Below, one piece after another: positions 26,602-35,280 of a stretch of 64,000 bases of DNA. The stretch's first letter is position 1. Each line of letters opens with the position of its first letter. The DNA is from a virus. The translations under genes and the position numbers were made by a program. Below the pieces are notes generated by a model. That model had not been told where the DNA came from, searched no databases, and saw only the letters and a program-made list of their open reading frames with translations. The stretch spans positions 1-64,000 of IMG/VR virus record IMGVR_UViG_3300009509_000015. The stretch is one strand, 5' to 3'.

Positions 26602-26967
26602 ATGACTAAACGAAAACAAGACTTTGTAACTTGGACAGGCAACGACGAAAAGATAGAGTTCACTGTTTATCAAGATGACGGTGTTACTCCTTTAAACATT
26701 TCTGCTGGCACACTTTCTTGGATAATGAAAGAATCAAGAACAGCAACAGCAGCATTAATTGAAAAGGAAACTGGTGGTCAAGGTATTTCCATTACTGATG
26801 GTGCTAATGGAAAGTGTCAAGTAGACCTTGATCCAGCAGACACTAATGGTTTAGAGGGCGCAAAATACTTTCATGAACTGAAACTAACTCTTTCTAATGA
26901 AACCAAAACAGTATCAGAGGGTACGGTCACGATCCATAGAAGTGGTTTCTCTGATCTTACCCCTTAA
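26602..26967 (+). CDS. BppU N-terminal-like Ig-fold virion protein
   Basis: GNDEKIEFTVYQDDGVTPLNIS...ITDGANGKCQVDLDPADT...YFHEL. Confidence 0.6.
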   Translation: MTKRKQDFVTWTGNDEKIEFTVYQDDGVTPLNISAGTLSWIMKESRTATAALIEKETGGQGISITDGANGKCQVDLDPADTNGLEGAKYFHELKLTLSNETKTVSEGTVTIHRSGFSDLTP

Positions 26968-26970
26968 CCC

Positions 26971-26999
26971 TTGACAAATATTTTCAATTGTAGTATAAT
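26971..26999 (+). promoter_or_regulatory. sigma70 promoter for the second tRNA block
   Basis: TTGACA-17-TATAAT; nearly identical to the 3852 promoter. Confidence 0.9.
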
Positions 27000-27068
27000 G
27001 CTAATCGAGAGAACAGAATGTCAATGGTTAGGAGTTTCGGGAGGTCTCCACAAAACCTCCCACTTTTT

Positions 27069-27139
27069 GCCTTCATCGGTTAATGGTAAACCGTGTGGCT
27101 TCCAACCACTGACTGCGAGTTCGAGTCTCGCTGAAGGCT
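27069..27139 (+). tRNA. tRNA-Gly(TCC)
   Basis: Loop CTTCCAA; U73. Confidence 0.87.
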
Positions 27140-27163
27140 CAGTAAAATTTTGAGGAGGCAACT

Positions 27164-27379
27164 ATGCCATTATATGAGTACAAGTGTGGTAATCCTAGCT
27201 GTAATAACATTCACGAAGAGGGTAGACCCTCTGCATATAGGGATGTTTCAGCAGAGTGCCCCATATGTGGGAGTGAGGCAGAAAGAATTTATTCAACAGG
27301 GCAAACGTTTGTTATCCCACATGACAAACCAGCAGTTTATAAAAACGCTGCTGGTGAGACAGTACGCAGGGTAACTTAA
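27164..27379 (+). CDS. FmdB-family Zn-ribbon protein
   Basis: MPLYEYKC...CPICGS.AERIYS. Confidence 0.85.
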   Translation: MPLYEYKCGNPSCNNIHEEGRPSAYRDVSAECPICGSEAERIYSTGQTFVIPHDKPAVYKNAAGETVRRVT

Positions 27380-27386
27380 CAACTTC

Positions 27387-27463
27387 GGGGGTGTAGCTCA
27401 GTATATGGTTAGAGCAACATTCTTACAAAATGGAGGTCGCTGGTTCGAGTCCAGCCATCCCCA
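27387..27463 (+). tRNA. tRNA-Val(TAC)
   Basis: Loop CTTACAA. Confidence 0.88.
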
Positions 27464-27520
27464 CTAGCCTTATCTACCATGTGTAGAAAAAGATCAGAGC
27501 ACCTTAAGGGTGCTCAGCTA

Positions 27521-27592
27521 GCCTTCAAAGCATTAATGGTGATGCAGTCGGCTCTTAACCGATAGATTCAGGTTCAAGTCCTGATGAGGGCA
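27521..27592 (+). tRNA. tRNA-Lys(CTT)
   Basis: GTCGG-CTCTTAA-CCGAT. Confidence 0.88.
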
Positions 27593-27594
27593 CT

Positions 27595-28128
27595 ATGCTA
27601 GTACGTGATAAGCTTACTAAAGAAGTTTTAGAAGATTATAAACGCCAGGGTTTATCAACCCATCAAATAGCAAGACTTATAGGTTGTAGCCAACCCTATG
27701 TCTCTAAAGTTGCTATACAAAGAGGCATACATTTTACTAGAGAAAAAGGAACTTGTATCGTTTGTGGTAATACATTAAATAGAGGTAAAAAATATTGCTC
27801 TCACCAGTGTCAAAAGAATGAACAACACCAAAAACTTATAAGCCAATGGTTGTCTGGTGAATGGAACGGGCTTAGAGGAAAAAAAGTTACTGCCCTTTCT
27901 AAAACAATAAGAGATTATTTGTTAAAGCAAGCAGACTACAAGTGTTCTAAATGTGGTTGGGCAGAAGTAAATGAATCTTCTGGTATGATACCGTTAGAAA
28001 TAAATCATATTGATGGTAATCACAAAAATAATAGACCAGAAAATTTAGAAGTTGTATGTCCTAACTGCCATGCACTAACACCAAACTTTAGAGGACTAAA
28101 TAAAAACAGTACTCGCACGCACCGATAG
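27595..28128 (+). CDS. HNH homing endonuclease with N-terminal HTH
   Basis: CSKCGW...LEINHIDGNHKNNRPENLEVVCPNCH. Confidence 0.9.
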   Translation: MLVRDKLTKEVLEDYKRQGLSTHQIARLIGCSQPYVSKVAIQRGIHFTREKGTCIVCGNTLNRGKKYCSHQCQKNEQHQKLISQWLSGEWNGLRGKKVTALSKTIRDYLLKQADYKCSKCGWAEVNESSGMIPLEINHIDGNHKNNRPENLEVVCPNCHALTPNFRGLNKNSTRTHR

Positions 28129-28192
28129 TTCTAAGTAGGCAAAACGCATGTCTTGTAAACATGATTTGTGGGATCGTGGCCCACTCGGTGCT
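28119..28192 (+). tRNA. tRNA-Thr(TGT), atypical T-loop
   Basis: CATGT-CTTGTAA-ACATG; T-loop ATCGTGG. Confidence 0.82.
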
Positions 28193-28201
28193 CCTTAAAT
28201 T

Positions 28202-28240
28202 AAAAACCCCCTTGCAAAATAGGGGGTTTTGTGGTATAAT
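28202..28240 (+). promoter_or_regulatory. terminator hairpin overlapping a sigma70 promoter
   Basis: AAAACCCCCT...AGGGGGTTTT containing TTGCAA, then 17 nt to TATAAT. Confidence 0.75.
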
Positions 28241-28248
28241 CAGTTATT

Positions 28249-28560
28249 ATGGCACACGAAATAAATACAACCAGTAGGAAAAACTTATACGAAGGCCCTT
28301 TTTATACAGAGGGTACTGCCTTTCAGGTTAATATAAGGTACAAAAGGACTGATGAGCTTGTAGCTTCCAGAGGTTTTGTGCCTGATCCTTTATACCCACA
28401 CTTTGTTTGTCTAGACTTTAGGGGAATAACTGTACAAACTGCCCTCACTGTAGAAGATGCAGACTACATTATTTCTAATATGATCAATGACTGGCTACGT
28501 AATGGCGGTGGTATAAAACAACAGGAGGAAGAGTTGGATGCCGATAGGGAGGGTGCATAA
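28249..28560 (+). CDS. hypothetical protein
   Basis: ATG just after the promoter (leaderless). Confidence 0.6.
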   Translation: MAHEINTTSRKNLYEGPFYTEGTAFQVNIRYKRTDELVASRGFVPDPLYPHFVCLDFRGITVQTALTVEDADYIISNMINDWLRNGGGIKQQEEELDADREGA

Positions 28561-29029
28561 AAAAATATGGAAGAGGTATATTGTTATAGCAGTTCCACTA
28601 GCATTAAGTATACAGTACTACACGATTACAAGACTCCCACTAGGATGGTGGCAGTCTGTTGGCGTGGCTACTATATTGGGATACTTATTGGGGTATTATC
28701 TTGACCCCGATTATGACCAGAATAAATTTACAGATGCAAGACGGAGGGTAATAAATGACTTATGGATAATTGGTTGGCTACTAGTTGTGTGGTTTATCCC
28801 CTACGAGAAGATGTTCAAGCACAGGAGCAAGTATACACATTTCCCTATATTATCAACGGTTTTAAGGTTTGGGTGGTTATTACTCTTTCCTCCAGTTCTA
28901 TTACTACTGTGGTACACTACTCCCTACCTGATCCCTGATTATTATCCTATACTGGTAGGGATTTTTATTGGGCTGTCAATAGCCGATACAGTACACATAT
29001 TAGCAGACTACGGAGTTTTAAATGAATAA
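28538..29029 (+). CDS. DUF2227-like metal-binding membrane protein
   Basis: MP.GRVH...LDPDYD...PY..MFKHRS..THFP..ST..R...H..AD. Confidence 0.75.
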   Translation: MPIGRVHKKIWKRYIVIAVPLALSIQYYTITRLPLGWWQSVGVATILGYLLGYYLDPDYDQNKFTDARRRVINDLWIIGWLLVVWFIPYEKMFKHRSKYTHFPILSTVLRFGWLLLFPPVLLLLWYTTPYLIPDYYPILVGIFIGLSIADTVHILADYGVLNE

Positions 29030-29444
29030 TACTAGACAGCAGGTAGTACTAAACGAATTAAAGATGAAACAAAAAATTGTAGAAATGAGGCGACTTCTTC
29101 CCCTGGCATGGTGTAAAGAAACGGCAACCAATGAAGACTGGGATGAAAACAATCCTGCGTTAAATCAATGTGCGGTTACAGCGCTGTTAGTACAAGATGA
29201 GCTTGGTGGTGACTTGCTTCGATGTAGCATGACTAATGGTGATAGTCACTATTGGAACAGGGTAGGCAATTATGAAATAGACTTAACAGCAGAACAGTTT
29301 GATCACATAGAACCACAACCACTAAAAGATACTGCTGTTGTAAGGAATCGGTCATATGTGTTAGACCCAGAAAGATTTCAAAACACCATTAATAGGTACG
29401 AGCTTTTAAGAAAACGATATGATGTATTGAGGATACTAGAATAA
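29022..29444 (+). CDS. YunG-like protein
   Basis: NPALNQCAVTALLVQDELGGDL...SHYWN...DLTAEQF. Confidence 0.75.
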   Translation: MNNTRQQVVLNELKMKQKIVEMRRLLPLAWCKETATNEDWDENNPALNQCAVTALLVQDELGGDLLRCSMTNGDSHYWNRVGNYEIDLTAEQFDHIEPQPLKDTAVVRNRSYVLDPERFQNTINRYELLRKRYDVLRILE

Positions 29445-29695
29445 TGCTAACTTATTATACACTTTCATTTGATAATACTATGATAAAAGATGGGGATAAG
29501 GTAACAGTTTATAAACTTGTTCCAATATCCCCTAATCAGATAGATGATAGTACAGCTTCTTGGCCTAGCCACCCAGAACTTAAGCCTGGGGATAAACATT
29601 TACTTAGAGTAAATGGACAGTTCGAAATTGTTATGGCGCTAACCAACAATAAAGTTCGTACACTATCAAGAAGAGAACTGGATGCTAATAAGTAA
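29444..29695 (+). CDS. hypothetical protein
   Basis: Operon packing. Confidence 0.55.
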   Translation: MLTYYTLSFDNTMIKDGDKVTVYKLVPISPNQIDDSTASWPSHPELKPGDKHLLRVNGQFEIVMALTNNKVRTLSRRELDANK

Positions 29696-30053
29696 AGAAG
29701 TTTACTACGTTGTTTTAGAGCTACCGTTTGATACTCTCTTGGTACACTATTACGGGTTTGCCAATTTGTCAGACGCAGAAGACTTGCAAGCAGACAAACT
29801 TCCTTGGTTTTCTATTTGGGATCAGAGTCAACTTGATGGGTGGGTTGGAGAAAAAATACTTATCCCATTAAAGACAGCCAAGAATGTTGACAATAGATAT
29901 ACCTTTAATGTTACCTATGATACAATACTGTCAGCAGAAAGTTCTAACACAGCACACAAACAACTGCGTAGGGCTATAGCAAAAGCTGGATTAGCTGTAA
30001 ATAATCTAAAGACTAAGATAACAAGAAAAGAAGTAAACTTAAGGAGCCAATAA
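29682..30053 (+). CDS. hypothetical protein
   Basis: Operon packing. Confidence 0.55.
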   Translation: MLISKEVYYVVLELPFDTLLVHYYGFANLSDAEDLQADKLPWFSIWDQSQLDGWVGEKILIPLKTAKNVDNRYTFNVTYDTILSAESSNTAHKQLRRAIAKAGLAVNNLKTKITRKEVNLRSQ

Positions 30054-30361
30054 TGACCAAGTTTTTTCTATGGGGAATAAATGAAGATACATCTGAAAAG
30101 TTCTTATATGCTATAAGAGAGGCTATGCAACGTGCAACAGAACGTTTCTCATATGACGCATACTTACACAAACAGCCTTTAGGGGAAGAAATAGCAGAAC
30201 TGTATGAAGTAATAGAACCTACTAAGCTACACTACGCACCAAATTTATCTGAACATATAGGTTCTGTAAGAGAAGAACTATCGGTTAATTTTTCTAGTCT
30301 AAATATAGACACAGAGCCTGATGAACAACTTACTCCATATCATATAGCGTTCTCCCTATAA
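30053..30361 (+). CDS. hypothetical protein
   Basis: AAGGAG RBS. Confidence 0.6.
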   Translation: MTKFFLWGINEDTSEKFLYAIREAMQRATERFSYDAYLHKQPLGEEIAELYEVIEPTKLHYAPNLSEHIGSVREELSVNFSSLNIDTEPDEQLTPYHIAFSL

Positions 30362-30398
30362 ACAAACCTTAAAAAATTCACGAGTTTTCCACATACCC

Positions 30399-30427
30399 TT
30401 GCTAAGTAAAAGGGTATGTGGTATAAT
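30399..30427 (+). promoter_or_regulatory. sigma70 promoter of the replication operon, within an inverted repeat
   Basis: TTGCTA-17-TATAAT with TG; IR CCACATACCCTT/AAGGGTATGTGG. Confidence 0.75.
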
Positions 30428-30445
30428 TGGGTATTGGAGGTTGAT

Positions 30446-30919
30446 ATGCCAATTTGTCCATACTGTAACAAAGAATCTAAAACACTACATAGTAAGTTCT
30501 GCCCTAAATGTGATAGGTTATTATATGAGTACGAGGGTAACTGGTACACATCTAACCCAATTCTAGCAATGATGGATAAGTACTCAGAAAGAATGAGCAT
30601 ACTTATGAGCGCAAGTAAACCTTTTGATGTTAAGTTCAGGTTTAAAACAAAAAGCCTCATGTACAAAACAGAAATTGCTAGGACTAAACAGCTATTCAAA
30701 GAGGCAGAACTTGATATTGATGTAGCACTAGAGGCTATTGATCTAGCGTTCTATGAATTTTCATGGAGAATGAACGGGAACATGGCAGACTTAGTTCCTG
30801 TGTTTCCTGCTTGCGTAGCTAGAGCTAAGGCAAAGGTTGAGTATGAAAGAGAGCAGTTAGAAAAACAAAAAATCTACGAACAAATGTTACGAGATAGGGA
30901 GAGTGCACTAAATGGCTAA
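30446..30919 (+). CDS. Zn-ribbon protein preceding polA
   Basis: CPYC...CPKC; GGAGGT RBS. Confidence 0.7.
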   Translation: MPICPYCNKESKTLHSKFCPKCDRLLYEYEGNWYTSNPILAMMDKYSERMSILMSASKPFDVKFRFKTKSLMYKTEIARTKQLFKEAELDIDVALEAIDLAFYEFSWRMNGNMADLVPVFPACVARAKAKVEYEREQLEKQKIYEQMLRDRESALNG

Positions 30920-32780
30920 AGAAGTTCATATGGACTTTACTTTACCAAAGCTTGCACACACTATCATTACTGATGGGAGTGACCTACCAAAGTTTTATGA
31001 AGAGATAGGAAATTGGCCTATGCTATCATTCGACTTTGAGACTACTGGGCTGGATTATTATAATGACAACCCAGTAGGAGTAGCCATAGCTAATGGTAGG
31101 CACGCTTGGTATATACATGGCAGCGCCTTTATGGAGGTAACTCCTTGGCTAAAAGATAAGATGGGTAGAACAGATATAGAATGGGCAGGGCATAACCTAA
31201 AGTTCGACTTCCACCATCTTATGAACGCTGTAACAGACGAGCTACCAACTAAATATTTTGACACACAAATAGCACAATGGATGATAGATGAAAATGATTC
31301 TCTTGGGCTAAAACATTTAGGTAAAGTGCGACTTGACGCACAAGATGACATACCATCTTTCAGCGATTTGCTGATGTACACTAAAAAATTACGTGGAATT
31401 GCACGAAAAGACCTAGTAACTATCTGGGATATACCTGTAGAAGTACTTGGAACGTACGCAGCATACGATGCACGGCTAACCTATGATCTAGTTGATCTAT
31501 TAAAGAAAGATTTAGGTGACGAGGGCTTAGATAAGATATACTACGAACAAGAAATGCCATTCCTTGCTATGCTATTACGTATGGAACGTGCTGGAATTAC
31601 AGTTGACCAAGAGAAAGCTGCTATCTTAAAGGATAAATATGATATTATTATCAAAGATGTTCTATATAAGTTTGATAAGCGGGTAGCAGATATAAAATCT
31701 AAACTAGGAAAGCCAACAGAGGTTAATCCAAACTCTCCTCAACAACTAGCAGAGCTATTGTTCGAGGATATGGGTTTGAAATCTACTAAGAAAACAGCAT
31801 CAGGTGCTTTGTCTACCGCAGCCCTAGTATTACAAAGAATAAAGCGACAAGATAAGACTGGAATTGTTGAGCTTTTGATGGAGTATAAGAAGTATGAAAA
31901 GGTTGTCAACACATATCTTGTAAACATGCTTAGCAAGACAGATGCAGATGGTAGAATAAGAACCAACTTTAATCAAACTGGTACTGTTACTGGTAGGTTA
32001 AGCTCTAGTGGTAATCTAAACCTACAAAATATCCCTGCTCGTGGTGATACTGGTGCAGATGTACGTGATCTTTTTATTGCAAAGGCGGGGCATTTATTAA
32101 TAGGAATCGACTACTCACAGATCGAGCTACGTATTTTGGCTCATTACAGTAGAGATGAAAATTTAGTAAGAGCCTTTTATTGGGGTTCTGATCCACACCA
32201 GCTTACTGCTGATAGAATGGGTGTGCCTAGATATGTTGGCAAGTCAGTAAACTTTGGTACAATCTATGGGCAGGGTGCGCCAACACTAGCAGATCAAATA
32301 GAAAAAGCTGGAAAGCCAAGACCAAAAGAATCTCAAGCTGCCCAGTGGCTAAGAGCATATGATAAGCTATACCCATCTATTCCTAGGTGGAAAAAGATGG
32401 TACTAATAGAGGGTAGAAAGTACGGTTTTATTGAAACCCTTGGTGGTCGCCATAGGCACGCAGAGGGCTTAGATCATTATGATAATTATATAAGAGCAAG
32501 AGCAGAACGACAGCTTATTAATAGCAAAATTCAAGGTAGCGCTGGTGACGTAATCAATAGTGCTATGTTAAAAGTAGATAGGGATCAACATAATTTTGGA
32601 GCTACTACCTTATTACAAGTGCACGACGAGCTAACCCTAGAAGTACCAGAAGAGTATGCAGATGAGGCAGCAGTCTCAGTGCAGCGTAGAATGGAGGGTG
32701 AGCGAGAAGTATTTGGTATTTCAGTTCCTGTAATAGCAGAGCCATCAGTAGGACGTAGTTGGGCAGAGGTGAAAGGATGA
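30912..32780 (+). CDS. polA: family A DNA polymerase with 3'-5' exonuclease
   Basis: DFETTG, GHNLKFD, YAAYDA; TGRLSS, DYSQIELR, KSVNFGTIYG, QVHDEL. Confidence 0.97.
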   Translation: MAKEVHMDFTLPKLAHTIITDGSDLPKFYEEIGNWPMLSFDFETTGLDYYNDNPVGVAIANGRHAWYIHGSAFMEVTPWLKDKMGRTDIEWAGHNLKFDFHHLMNAVTDELPTKYFDTQIAQWMIDENDSLGLKHLGKVRLDAQDDIPSFSDLLMYTKKLRGIARKDLVTIWDIPVEVLGTYAAYDARLTYDLVDLLKKDLGDEGLDKIYYEQEMPFLAMLLRMERAGITVDQEKAAILKDKYDIIIKDVLYKFDKRVADIKSKLGKPTEVNPNSPQQLAELLFEDMGLKSTKKTASGALSTAALVLQRIKRQDKTGIVELLMEYKKYEKVVNTYLVNMLSKTDADGRIRTNFNQTGTVTGRLSSSGNLNLQNIPARGDTGADVRDLFIAKAGHLLIGIDYSQIELRILAHYSRDENLVRAFYWGSDPHQLTADRMGVPRYVGKSVNFGTIYGQGAPTLADQIEKAGKPRPKESQAAQWLRAYDKLYPSIPRWKKMVLIEGRKYGFIETLGGRHRHAEGLDHYDNYIRARAERQLINSKIQGSAGDVINSAMLKVDRDQHNFGATTLLQVHDELTLEVPEEYADEAAVSVQRRMEGEREVFGISVPVIAEPSVGRSWAEVKG

Positions 32781-33793
32781 CAAAAGAGTATAATAAGTAC
32801 CCTGGATATGATCCTAGCATCGGTAGATTTGCTAGAGAGGCTAAGGATAGGTGGGGTAATCCAGAAGAAAATAGAATGTCCATTGTTAAATATGGCGTAC
32901 CATTTCTTGATAACCAATTGTATGGTATAGATATAGTTTCTGGTGAGCTAGTCCTAATTATTGGTGAGGAAAAGAACAGAAAGACAACCCTTACTGTTAA
33001 TATGTGGGTTAATATAATGACTGCCGAACTACCAGCAGAAAAACCACGTATTGTAATAGATACTTTGGAAAGTGGCTTACCACCAGAAGTATACCAAGAT
33101 CAAATTATTTCTAACCTAGCATCCAGATACTTAATGCAAAATGGGCATGTACCACCAACACATAGTATGGTATGTCCAGCCTGCAATAATGGCAAACCGT
33201 GCAAAGAATTAATAATTAGCCCTAAGTTTCTACGGTTTATGAACCGCACACCACAGCAGTCTGCTGTAATAGATAGGGCACTTGATGAAGTACAAAACTG
33301 GCCTATAGATATTTGGGGTGCTAATCTCAGTGAGGGAGATACACGTAATTTACATGCTACCATCAGCAAGATGGATCAAACCTCACGGTGGGTATGGGCA
33401 ACAGAGGAGTTGGGAGCTAAGATATTTGCAACAGATCACGTACAACAATACAGGTCTGAAGAGGCTTTCCTAAACGACTATGAGAAATTAATACGTGCTG
33501 TACTTGCAGTAGGTAACTTTGTTGCTGCTTATAGAACTGTAGTATTTATGGTATCTCAAATCTCGATGGGCACATTAAGAGAGGCTAAATCTGGCGGGAA
33601 AGTAAAATCTGCTGGAGGTAAAAAACCACACGAAGAAAGTAACGCAATCATTAAGACAAGCTATGAGCAACTGTCTGGGCAGCTAGGCATACATCTTGAG
33701 GACAGTAGATCAAGCGCCTCTGCAAGCTCAGCATTTATTCCAATAGACGATGTATCAGGAGCATTTTCACCAAATGAGTATCAAGACTACTAA
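32777..33793 (+). CDS. RecA/DnaB-like ATPase (putative replicative helicase)
   Basis: GVPFLDNQLYG...GELVLIIGEEKNRKTT...IDTLES...TDHVQ...MVSQIS. Confidence 0.65.
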   Translation: MTKEYNKYPGYDPSIGRFAREAKDRWGNPEENRMSIVKYGVPFLDNQLYGIDIVSGELVLIIGEEKNRKTTLTVNMWVNIMTAELPAEKPRIVIDTLESGLPPEVYQDQIISNLASRYLMQNGHVPPTHSMVCPACNNGKPCKELIISPKFLRFMNRTPQQSAVIDRALDEVQNWPIDIWGANLSEGDTRNLHATISKMDQTSRWVWATEELGAKIFATDHVQQYRSEEAFLNDYEKLIRAVLAVGNFVAAYRTVVFMVSQISMGTLREAKSGGKVKSAGGKKPHEESNAIIKTSYEQLSGQLGIHLEDSRSSASASSAFIPIDDVSGAFSPNEYQDY

Positions 33794-34190
33794 TCCAACA
33801 GAAGAGGAAATACAACAGTTACTTGAGTATGAGGCAGATGATCTACAAGCCTCAATACATCAGCGCTATGGTGTTCCAATAGAAGAATGGGCAGTACCTC
33901 ACTTCTATGGGTATATGCGTAGAATGAAAAAACAGGGGGTTAGCGCCCGTAAAAGCTGGAATAGGTATTTGGAGTCATGTGACAGACAGTTTGGAGAGCC
34001 TTGTGGATGTTCTGTTGAGCCTGCACATTATTCTATTGACTTTGTGTATGACAATAAGAGAGTTGCCAATCTTTGTCCATATCATTGGTGGGTTAAAATG
34101 GTAACATTAAATCACGACGAGGGATCAGCAAGCAAGTTTGTTGAGGGTACACCAATCGGGAAATTTATGGAGGTTTATAAAATAAAATGA
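33774..34190 (+). CDS. hypothetical protein, Cys/His motifs
   Basis: Operon packing. Confidence 0.6.
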   Translation: MSIKTTNPTEEEIQQLLEYEADDLQASIHQRYGVPIEEWAVPHFYGYMRRMKKQGVSARKSWNRYLESCDRQFGEPCGCSVEPAHYSIDFVYDNKRVANLCPYHWWVKMVTLNHDEGSASKFVEGTPIGKFMEVYKIK

Positions 34191-35239
34191 TAAGTGAAAT
34201 GTCAATTACTTTTACAGATAATGCAGAGCAGGAACTTAAACAGCTTGCTGACGAATTACAATTAGTACCTATTGTTAAGTACATGAGCAACAACAAAGAA
34301 ATTCCAGAAGAGTTTCAAAAACTGGTTGTTGGCATGGTTGATACACTGTCCGATATGTTTGGTAGTGGGATACCAGTTGTTAGTAGTGACCCAATACATA
34401 CTCTTCGTGTAGCTAGCAGGGATATTAATCTATCTAAAGTACTAAGAGAACGTGGTATTGTTCGTCTGTACATGATGGCTAAAAGTTACACGGATGTTGA
34501 AATACCTAGTCTAGACGGTGGCACAGAAACAGTCCAAGTTAAAACCTACCAAACACTAATCAATCCAGATAGTGAACGTGGTGAAAACTTTGGTACTCAA
34601 GAAGATTTCTTGGGGTGGTTCTGTAGATCAGCACACGTATCACGAGCACTAGTCTTTATGCGCTTTGCTGCATATGATAGACTAATGAAACTAGAGTACT
34701 CACTTGAAGAGGCATTTAAAATATTAATAACTAAACCTTCGGTGATAACAAGAACAATTGAAAAGCTTGCTAGCTATAATAAAGATGGTAGTATCAAAGA
34801 GATCGACCCAGAAGTAGCTAGGTCTATGGCTAAGAAAGTTTTAACGGGGGAAGAGCAAGACTACCTACTTGAATTAGCTGAGCGTGTTATAGAAGAGGGA
34901 AATCCAGAGGATATACTGGATATGTATGATGCCTCGATCCCTGCTATTAGGAAAATCTTAGAAGAAGTTGCCATGCACGATAGCGCTAGAGATGCTGGAG
35001 AGATGGTTGAAGTTGATATTTTAAATGCTCCAGAAATATCTTATGGTTGGGATCATGATATAGGAGGCTTAGCTATACAGATGATAAAGAAAGGATATGA
35101 TGAAAATGATGACCAGTATATCTCATCAATCTATAACACCATCTTGCTGCCAGATACAATGGACGAATTACCTAAAGAGATATTAGACGATCTGGTTCGA
35201 CGTATCCCCATCAGATCATTCTCAGGTATTGACGACTAA
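34187..35239 (+). CDS. hypothetical protein (350 aa)
   Basis: Long ORF; GGAGGT RBS. Confidence 0.75.
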   Translation: MISEMSITFTDNAEQELKQLADELQLVPIVKYMSNNKEIPEEFQKLVVGMVDTLSDMFGSGIPVVSSDPIHTLRVASRDINLSKVLRERGIVRLYMMAKSYTDVEIPSLDGGTETVQVKTYQTLINPDSERGENFGTQEDFLGWFCRSAHVSRALVFMRFAAYDRLMKLEYSLEEAFKILITKPSVITRTIEKLASYNKDGSIKEIDPEVARSMAKKVLTGEEQDYLLELAERVIEEGNPEDILDMYDASIPAIRKILEEVAMHDSARDAGEMVEVDILNAPEISYGWDHDIGGLAIQMIKKGYDENDDQYISSIYNTILLPDTMDELPKEILDDLVRRIPIRSFSGIDD

Positions 35240-35258
35240 GTAAAAGTATGGTAAAATA
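35229..35258 (+). promoter_or_regulatory. sigma70-like promoter
   Basis: TTGACG...TGGTAAAAT. Confidence 0.55.
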
Positions 35259-35280
35259 TTAATTACTACAGGAGGCTTAA

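Noticed and set aside
27008-27062. tRNA remnant after promoter 26971
   Set aside because: No T-arm or acceptor stem; treated as a leader hairpin instead
30912-32780. Intein or intron in polA (also checked in terL)
   Set aside because: Normal lengths, contiguous motifs, no splice-junction signatures
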